A stretch of 64,000 bases of DNA from contig CAVZSV010000004.1 of assembly GCA_963778115.1 (NCBI GenBank), positions 128,001 to 192,000 on the forward strand, read 5' to 3'. The stretch comes from an uncultured delta proteobacterium. Its GTDB lineage: Bacteria; Bdellovibrionota; FAC87; UBA2466. Under the pieces are notes generated by a model. It saw nothing but the letters and a program-made list of their open reading frames with translations. It was not told where the DNA came from and searched no databases. The translations under genes were made by a program, and so were the position numbers. Below are positions 57,656 to 64,000 of this stretch, one piece after another (within the stretch, counting starts at the first letter, position 1; every line of letters begins with the position of its first letter).

Positions 57656-59042
57656 AGACATGGGTAGTTTTAAGATTCGGGGTGGCCATCGCGTTTCTTT
57701 CTCTAAGAGTGTCAGTGGCAGCGTTGCTAATGATCCGAAGTTACAAGAAACCACCCAACGCATCACTCAAGAGATTACCCAACGCGGACACGCTTATAAT
57801 GACCTCGTGGAGCTGACGGGCATCGGCCATCGCCTAAGCGGAAGTGCCGGAGCCGAAAAAGCCGTTGCCTGGGCCAAGCACAAAATGGAAAGCTATGGAT
57901 TTGATAAAGTCTACTTGCAGCCGATGATGGCAGTAAATTGGTCTCGGGGATCCACCGAACGAGCCACTCTCATAGACGCCGAACAATCTTTCCCACTGAA
58001 TTTATGCGCCATAGGCGGGAGTGTCGGAACCGGAGAAAAAGAGATTGGGGCTTCGGTCATAGAAGTAAAAAGTTTAGAAGAAGTGGATCGGCTAGCCGAC
58101 GCCGTCCGAGGGAAAATCGTATTTTATAACAAGGCCATGGATCCTAAAATCGATCCGTCCGATGCTTACGGTAATACCGTTGATCAGCGTGTGTACGGTG
58201 CTGCCAAAGCGGGTAAATATGGAGCGACGGCCGTCCTTGTCAGGTCACTCACTTCGCTTATTGACGATGACCATCCTCATACGGGCAGCCTTCATTACAA
58301 AGACGGTATTACTGAAATTCCAGCCGCGGCCCTTAGCGTAAGGTCGGCGAATCTGCTTTCACAGCACCTGAAAGAAAATCCGGCGACGAAAGTAAAGCTC
58401 GAGCTCTCAGCAAAAATGGAACCTCCTGTTCCTTCCTTCAATGTCATTGGAGAAATTACCGGAAGGGAGTTTCCAAAAGAGTACGTCGTCGTAAGCGGCC
58501 ATTTAGATAGTTGGGATTTAGGTACCGGAGCCCACGACGATGGCGCCGGAGTGGTCGAGACGATTGAAACGCTGCGCGCTTTGGGCGCCCTTAAGATCAG
58601 ACCTCGGCGAACGGTCCGAGCTGTCCTTTTTATGTCTGAAGAATATGGTGGAGTCGGAGGAAAGCAATATTTGCGCGAGGTAAAAGCCAATGGAGAAAAA
58701 CATGTAGCAGCTTTGGAGTCTGATCAAGGAGGATTCAACCCCGCCGGATTCGATGTCACTGGAAATCCAGAGATCGTAAAACTCATCGAGAACTGGAAGC
58801 CTTATCTAAAACCCCTACACGCCGATCGCATCACTACCGGAAGTGGGGGAACAGATGTTGATCCTCTGGGCGAACTTGGAGTTCCCACCTTAGGACTCGT
58901 TATTGACTCCACTCATTACTTTGACATCCATCACTCGGCATTAGATCGCATTGAGGCCGTTAATCCTAAAGAGCTCTGTGCCGGAACCTCGGCAGTTGCC
59001 ACCCTTACTTACCTTTTGGCTGAAGAGGGTTTGGGAAAATAG
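57652..59042 (+). CDS. M28 family peptidase (carboxypeptidase Q-like) with apparent frameshift after the signal peptide
   Basis: GHLDSWD, GAHDDGAG, SEEYG, ESDQG and YFDIHH in the long frame; signal peptide MKTWVVLRFGVAIAFLSL lies in another frame from ATG 57652. Confidence 0.85.
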
Positions 59043-59046
59043 CGTC

Positions 59047-59535
59047 ATGGACAAAGCGACTATTTTAAAAAGGTTTACTGACCAGATCGCAGAAGCACTG
59101 ACCGTCTTAACGCAAGCAGCGCTAAGCGCCCATGAAGCGGCTACTCACGGAGAATCTAAAGCGGAAGATCAATACGACACCCGCGGATTAGAAGCCTCGT
59201 ATCTGGCAGGAGCGCAGTCTCGCCGGGCGATGGAGCTCGAAGAGGCGTTGGCCCTTTACCGTCATGTAGATATCATCGCTTTCACTAAGGACATGCCTAT
59301 CGCTTCCACCGCGCTAATCGAATTAGTCGAATTGGAAAGCGAACAGAAGCGGTCGTTTTATCTTTTGATGCCCCAACGAGGTGGAATGAGTCTTACTTTC
59401 GAAGGAAAACAGATCCAAACGGTTACTCCCCAATCCCCGATGGGAACAGCCCTGCTCGGACGGCGAGTAGGCGATGAGATTCAAGTAGAGATTCAAAGAG
59501 TGACCCGTGACTACGAGATCGTTTCCGTCCTGTAG
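59047..59535 (+). CDS. GreA/GreB family transcription factor-like protein
   Basis: ATHGESKAEDQYDTRGLEASYLA coiled-coil tip; C-terminal TPQSPMGTALLGRRVGD. Confidence 0.85.
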   Translation: MDKATILKRFTDQIAEALTVLTQAALSAHEAATHGESKAEDQYDTRGLEASYLAGAQSRRAMELEEALALYRHVDIIAFTKDMPIASTALIELVELESEQKRSFYLLMPQRGGMSLTFEGKQIQTVTPQSPMGTALLGRRVGDEIQVEIQRVTRDYEIVSVL

Positions 59536-59600
59536 CCGCTAACCTTTAGTGACAAGTAATTTCACCCCTTTACGGCCCATTATGGTAATCAAAGGGGCCA

Positions 59601-61004
59601 ATGAAAGCTCTGAGCCATTTCAAGGAAATTGAACTATCGGCGGGACTACAGCAAGTTCTGGAAAGCATGGCCTTTACCATCCCGACGCCAGTGCAATCTC
59701 GCTGCATTCCCATCCTCATGGCAGGTCAGGACGTTATCGCTCAAGCCATGACCGGTAGCGGAAAGACCGCCGCCTTTGGAATTCCGCTGTTAGAGAAAAT
59801 GGATGTTAAGGTTCGTCGCATCCAAGCTTTAGTCCTTTGCCCAACACGAGAACTGGCGACTCAAGTCGCCGAGCATCTTAGAAAGTTAGGTCGCTACCAA
59901 AATAATCTACAGATCGTAACCCTATTCGGCGGACGGCCTGCCGCTTTGGAACGACGAACCCTGGAACACGGAGCCCACATTATTGTCGGCACTCCGGGAC
60001 GTATTTTGGATCATATGGGTCGTGGATCTTTAGACTTTAACCTCATAAAGACCGTAGTTCTCGATGAAGCTGACCGCATGTTGGATATGGGCTTTCACGA
60101 AAAAATAGAGGAAATTTTATCTAAGACTCCCCCTGAGAGAACCACAGCCCTTTTCTCTGCGACTTTTCCCGACATGATTGTGCGACTCAGCCGCAAATAT
60201 CAGAAGAAGGCGGAGCAGGTCATTATCGAAACTCCCGCGATCGAACTCCCTGAGATCGACCAACGACTTTACCGAACGTCGAACGAAACCAAAGTCAGCG
60301 TTCTTATAGCCGTCTTAAATAGTTTTCGCCCTCAATCGGTGCTTGTTTTCTCCAATATGAAAGTACGGGTTGACGAAATTGTACAAAACCTAAGACGCGC
60401 CGGACACAATGCTAGCGGACTGCATGGAGATCTTGAGCAGCACATGCGCGAAAGAGTCATGGCCAAATTTCGAAACCAAAGTACTCGGATCTTAGTGGCT
60501 ACCGACGTTGCCGCTCGGGGCCTCGACATTGCAGGACTAGACGCTGTTATCAATTTCGACTTGCCATCAGATGCGGACCAATACATTCACCGAATTGGAA
60601 GAACAGGCCGCGCTGGCAAAAAAGGACTAGCTATCTCCTTCGTCAATAGCATCGAAGCCCCTAAGCTCAAAAGGATTCGAGAACTCACCGAATCGGAGCT
60701 ACCGCTAATCGATCCCAAAACCCTTTTGGATAAGGTTCCCTCCGCCACTCCCGCCCCCACTCATAGTAGCGACATGCGGACTCTCTCCATTCTCGGCGGA
60801 CGAAAAACCAAATTGCGGCCGGGGGATATCTTAGGCGCAATCACCGGAGATGCCGGCGTAAGTGGAGATGAGGTCGGCAAGATTGAGATCTTAGATAGAG
60901 TCTCCTATGTTGCTATCAGTCGAAAATCGGCCGGTAAGGCCTTCACCTACTTCCAACATGGCAAGATTAAGGGGCGGCGCTTCCAAGTCCAGTGGGTCGA
61001 CTAA
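59601..61004 (+). CDS. dbpA: ATP-dependent RNA helicase DbpA
   Basis: TGSGKT, PTRELA, DEAD, SAT, HRIGRTGR; C-terminal GGRKTKLRPGDILGA DbpA domain. Confidence 0.93.
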   Translation: MKALSHFKEIELSAGLQQVLESMAFTIPTPVQSRCIPILMAGQDVIAQAMTGSGKTAAFGIPLLEKMDVKVRRIQALVLCPTRELATQVAEHLRKLGRYQNNLQIVTLFGGRPAALERRTLEHGAHIIVGTPGRILDHMGRGSLDFNLIKTVVLDEADRMLDMGFHEKIEEILSKTPPERTTALFSATFPDMIVRLSRKYQKKAEQVIIETPAIELPEIDQRLYRTSNETKVSVLIAVLNSFRPQSVLVFSNMKVRVDEIVQNLRRAGHNASGLHGDLEQHMRERVMAKFRNQSTRILVATDVAARGLDIAGLDAVINFDLPSDADQYIHRIGRTGRAGKKGLAISFVNSIEAPKLKRIRELTESELPLIDPKTLLDKVPSATPAPTHSSDMRTLSILGGRKTKLRPGDILGAITGDAGVSGDEVGKIEILDRVSYVAISRKSAGKAFTYFQHGKIKGRRFQVQWVD

Positions 61005-61045
61005 AAAACTTTCCCTTTCCTAACGGGTCAAGGTATCAAAAGGCC

Positions 61046-61423
61046 ATGACCTCTAATAAACCTCCTACAGGTAAAGGGCCTCGCGACTTTCTAACCGAAA
61101 TTCGCAAAGATAGGAGGGAGCTGGAAAAGGGCTACCGAGAGCGGGCACTAAAAATGTATCCCTGGGTCTGCGGCAGATGCGCGCGTGAATTTAGCGGAAA
61201 GCGGCTCAAGGAACTAACGGTTCATCACAGGGATCACAACCACGACAATAATCCCCCCGACGGTAGCAACTGGGAGTTACTCTGCATCTACTGCCATGAG
61301 AATGAGCACGCTCGTTATAAGGTAGCCGATTCAGTGACCGCAGATTTTTCGAAGGACGAAGGGCCTAAGCTCTCTAATCAGGCTTTCGCGGGACTAGCGG
61401 ACTTGCTGAAACCAAAAAAATAA
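61046..61423 (+). CDS. yajD: YajD family HNH nuclease
   Basis: YRERALKMYPWVCGRC..LTVHHRDHNHDNNP.DGSNWELLCIYCHENEH. Confidence 0.9.
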   Translation: MTSNKPPTGKGPRDFLTEIRKDRRELEKGYRERALKMYPWVCGRCAREFSGKRLKELTVHHRDHNHDNNPPDGSNWELLCIYCHENEHARYKVADSVTADFSKDEGPKLSNQAFAGLADLLKPKK

Positions 61424-61428
61424 TCCTG

Positions 61429-62046
61429 TTAATTAGCCTCGCCATCCCACCACGAGGGTTTTCTCCACTCGATAAGAACGCTAACGATACTCCCATTGCG
61501 GAAGAGATAACCCAACTTAGCATCATCTCTGATGCTGGTCCAAAAAAGGCCATGACAATCCATTTTGTTCTGTTGCTTGCGTCTCTCTCTGACTATGGCT
61601 TCGTCTTCTCTACCGAAGGAACAGGGATCATTCATGGGATCAAACGGTAACGCCCCTTCGTCCTCGACTTCGATAACGATGCCTTTAGTGATGGAAAAAG
61701 CGCGCAACTTGATTCTTTTGCTTCTCTCAAATTGGTTTCCCCACCGAACCGCGTTATCGAACAATTCACCAAGAACTTCGCTTGCCCAGAAAGCGGGGCA
61801 GTACTCGTCTGAGTTATCGCATTTTAAATAAGACCTGTGTCTTTTCTCAACCTCCTCCCGAACACTTTCTATAACGTCGCGCTCAAGAGCTTCTCTTTCC
61901 CTCTTTAGATCCAGGATCGTAGAGGGAGTCATAATCTCTCGAAAAACAGCATCCCTCCCCCACGATGAAGAATGACCGAGGGACACAAAGGAAAGCAAAA
62001 CAGTGGCATGGAAAGACAAAGAGCGATCCCGAGCCATAAGCTCCAC
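61429..62046 (-). CDS. HATPase_c (RsbW/anti-sigma-like) ATP-binding protein; start uncertain
   Basis: N-box ELFDNAVRWGN, G1-box IEVEDEG, degenerate HGL G2-box. Confidence 0.7.
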   Translation of the reverse strand: MELMARDRSLSFHATVLLSFVSLGHSSSWGRDAVFREIMTPSTILDLKREREALERDVIESVREEVEKRHRSYLKCDNSDEYCPAFWASEVLGELFDNAVRWGNQFERSKRIKLRAFSITKGIVIEVEDEGALPFDPMNDPCSFGREDEAIVRERRKQQNKMDCHGLFWTSIRDDAKLGYLFRNGSIVSVLIEWRKPSWWDGEAN

Positions 62047-62203
62047 GGCCTTACTACGAACATTCGATCCTGGCCTTTACGACGAAAGTTAAAACCGGGG
62101 ATTCATGCACTTTTGGTACCGAATTAAAGGGGAATGAAACCTTAGTGATAGCTCTTGCTAAAGGCAGTATTTCTTGTATCGTCGGTAAACTCAGGGTGGA
62201 GCG

Positions 62204-62629
62204 TTGAATATAAAAAAAGACAAGAAAACTTTTTGGAGTGAGGGCATTCGCTTTGAATGCCAAGGAAGCGGCCAGTGCTGCACGTCACGGGGGCTTTACG
62301 GCTACATCTATGTCAGTCTTAAGGACCGACAGCGATTAGCAAGGTTTCTTAAGATCCCCACCCGCCAATTTACCCGAACTTACTGCGACAATACCGATGG
62401 GTGGTTCCACCTCAAAGATCCCTCGCGCGACTGTAACTTTCTGGAGGGAAATCGATGCACGGTATACGAGGGGCGACCGTCCCAATGTCGCACCTGGCCC
62501 TTCTGGCCCGAAAACATGAAAAGCCGCGCCTGGAACAACGAAGTGGTGAAGTTTTGCCCCGGAGTGGGCAAAGGCAAACTCTACACCGCGGAAGAGATCC
62601 AAGGCATGTTGGACAATCACTATCCTTAA
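62204..62629 (+). CDS. YkgJ family cysteine-cluster protein
   Basis: FECQGSGQCC, CNFL..RCTVYEGRPSQCRTWPFW, CPG. Confidence 0.9.
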   Translation: MNIKKDKKTFWSEGIRFECQGSGQCCTSRGLYGYIYVSLKDRQRLARFLKIPTRQFTRTYCDNTDGWFHLKDPSRDCNFLEGNRCTVYEGRPSQCRTWPFWPENMKSRAWNNEVVKFCPGVGKGKLYTAEEIQGMLDNHYP

Positions 62630-62640
62630 AGTGGCGCGGA

Positions 62641-63021
62641 TTAATTATTAAATCTAGGATCGGTCAATGCGTGGATCGTGTAGGGATCGATCTGTTTTTC
62701 AGTGGTCAGTCGGTTATTTCTAAAAAACACGGGCTGGTTGAGATTCATCCGAAGAGACGTCAGCTGATGGCGGCAGACTCTAACGTGATAATTTTGATAA
62801 TTGGTTTTTCGATTCAGCACGAGCTCTCTACGGTAGTGTTTCCAAAAGCTAGGCCGAGCACCAGGGCCATCGCCTAGCAGAATAAAAGTGATCTCATAGC
62901 TGATGAGGCAAATGGGCTCATTCGAATTGGGCGGTTCGAGCGATTCCCGAAGCCCTCCGGTAAATTCATTTTGCAATGAATCCCAGTCGATGTCCGGCCC
63001 GAATTCAGATTCCAATTCCAT
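62641..63021 (-). CDS. Hypothetical protein
   Basis: 126-aa ORF filling the gap, with a TGGTAGGGT -10-like motif 6 nt upstream. Confidence 0.4.
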   Translation of the reverse strand: MELESEFGPDIDWDSLQNEFTGGLRESLEPPNSNEPICLISYEITFILLGDGPGARPSFWKHYRRELVLNRKTNYQNYHVRVCRHQLTSLRMNLNQPVFFRNNRLTTEKQIDPYTIHALTDPRFNN

Positions 63022-63046
63022 CCCGCGACCCTACCACATCCCTCCC

Positions 63047-63454
63047 TCATAAAGGGAGGTACCTTTCTGTGGTAGAGACTAGATTAGCGATTTCGATGAG
63101 GTTTTCGTCGGGATCGTAGCAATAGATAGAGCGAATCTGGCTATAAGCGCCCGTGCGAAGTACCGGTGGCCCCAGGGTCGATAGGTGGTTTCGTTTTAGA
63201 GTGGCTTCTACCTCTTCCAGAGGGGTGCGCGTTAAAAAGCAGAGATCGGCCGAACCGGGTGTTGGGTGGCGGACATTGGGATCGGGAAGGTTTGCCAAGG
63301 GATGTAGGTTAATTTTCTGGTTCCCGAAGTGAAGACTAAAGCGGCCGGGTAAAAACTCCTTCTTCTGCATCCCCAAAACCGTCTCATAGAAATGGCAGGT
63401 GGAGTCCACATTTCTCACGGTCAACACGAGGTGATCAAGAGAGATTATTTCCAT
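63047..63454 (-). CDS. VOC/glyoxalase family protein
   Basis: LDHLVLTV, FYETVLGM, QKINLH, PTPGSADLCF, DPDENLIE. Confidence 0.92.
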   Translation of the reverse strand: MEIISLDHLVLTVRNVDSTCHFYETVLGMQKKEFLPGRFSLHFGNQKINLHPLANLPDPNVRHPTPGSADLCFLTRTPLEEVEATLKRNHLSTLGPPVLRTGAYSQIRSIYCYDPDENLIEIANLVSTTERYLPL

Positions 63455-63560
63455 AAGCGTTTCACGGTAACGTAGAAATTCCTTATAGTAAAAACTTTGT
63501 GGACGATGCCATGATCAGGGAATTAAACCTACGATAATAGGAAGCGCTAAATTTCTGTTT

Positions 63561-64000
63561 TTAGTTCGTCGCTGGCGGAGCCATCGTTTCTGGCGTGTTT
63601 CCCATCAAATAGTTCGCTACTCGTCGGGGCATTTCAGAAGTCCGGGAATAAAGCGCGCCACCGACCCCTTCGCTAAGGAGTTGAAGACCACCCTCCGCAA
63701 GCCACGCGACTGGCCAACCGCTCGCCCGGTATTTCTCCGCCAAACGAAAAACAAATTGTGTTTTATTCAAAGACACAAACCTCACATAAAAGACATCAAA
63801 GAGGATTTGGGAAATCTCAATCTTGCCACTCGCCAAGTACTGCCCTAAAGCCGATACGCCAGCCGTAGTGGCAACAATGAGCCTCTTCCCCAGGGTTCGG
63901 TTGGGAATACAACTAAAGGCCGCGATGGTGCTCATTAGAATCCCGTTAAAAAACATATTTCGACGAAAGCCTTCATCCTGCCAGGCTTTGTTCCACGTCG
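63561..64000 (-). CDS. Hypothetical membrane-associated protein, probably truncated by the window end
   Basis: ORF 63561-63956 whose frame appears open to the window edge; hydrophobic segments. Confidence 0.45.
   Translation of the reverse strand, partial: TWNKAWQDEGFRRNMFFNGILMSTIAAFSCIPNRTLGKRLIVATTAGVSALGQYLASGKIEISQILFDVFYVRFVSLNKTQFVFRLAEKYRASGWPVAWLAEGGLQLLSEGVGGALYSRTSEMPRRVANYLMGNTPETMAPPATN

Noticed and set aside
61046..61423. HNH nuclease as a mobile or defence element
   Set aside because: Matches the conserved YajD family; no mobile context
271..62877. Many short alternative-frame and antisense ORFs in the ORF track (e.g. 3029-3682, 30188-30781, 37607-38158)
   Set aside because: They are shadows of well-supported genes, with no motifs or RBS

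Overview
A roughly 50% GC chromosomal segment from a Gram-negative bacterium. Gene content suggests a deltaproteobacteria-derived lineage such as Bdellovibrionota (inference only). The backbone is housekeeping: a divergent dnaA followed by hemJ and xseA instead of dnaN, tRNA-Thr(CGT), ilvA, family-4 UDG, nfeD-slipin, rmuC, dnaB, an MltD-like transglycosylase, a TPR-tamB-Omp85 operon, efp, comEC, rplU-rpmA-obgE, queC, ppa, dbpA and yajD. Many orphan genes with signal peptides and many peptidases lie between these. I saw no integrase, transposase, prophage or CRISPR array. The best candidate for an undescribed system is an archaeal-type queC overlapping a DUF366-like gene that carries biotin/lipoate-ligase-type motifs, with no other que genes in the window. 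Other notable items: a stand-alone DnaA with degenerate DnaA boxes, a CADD-type pABA synthase, a fungal-type secreted GH15 glucoamylase, a run of four putative peptidases, widespread leaderless-type promoters, sigma54 motifs before orphan genes, REP-like palindromes, and an M28 peptidase whose signal peptide is out of frame. All family calls come from motifs recognised by eye; no searches were run.
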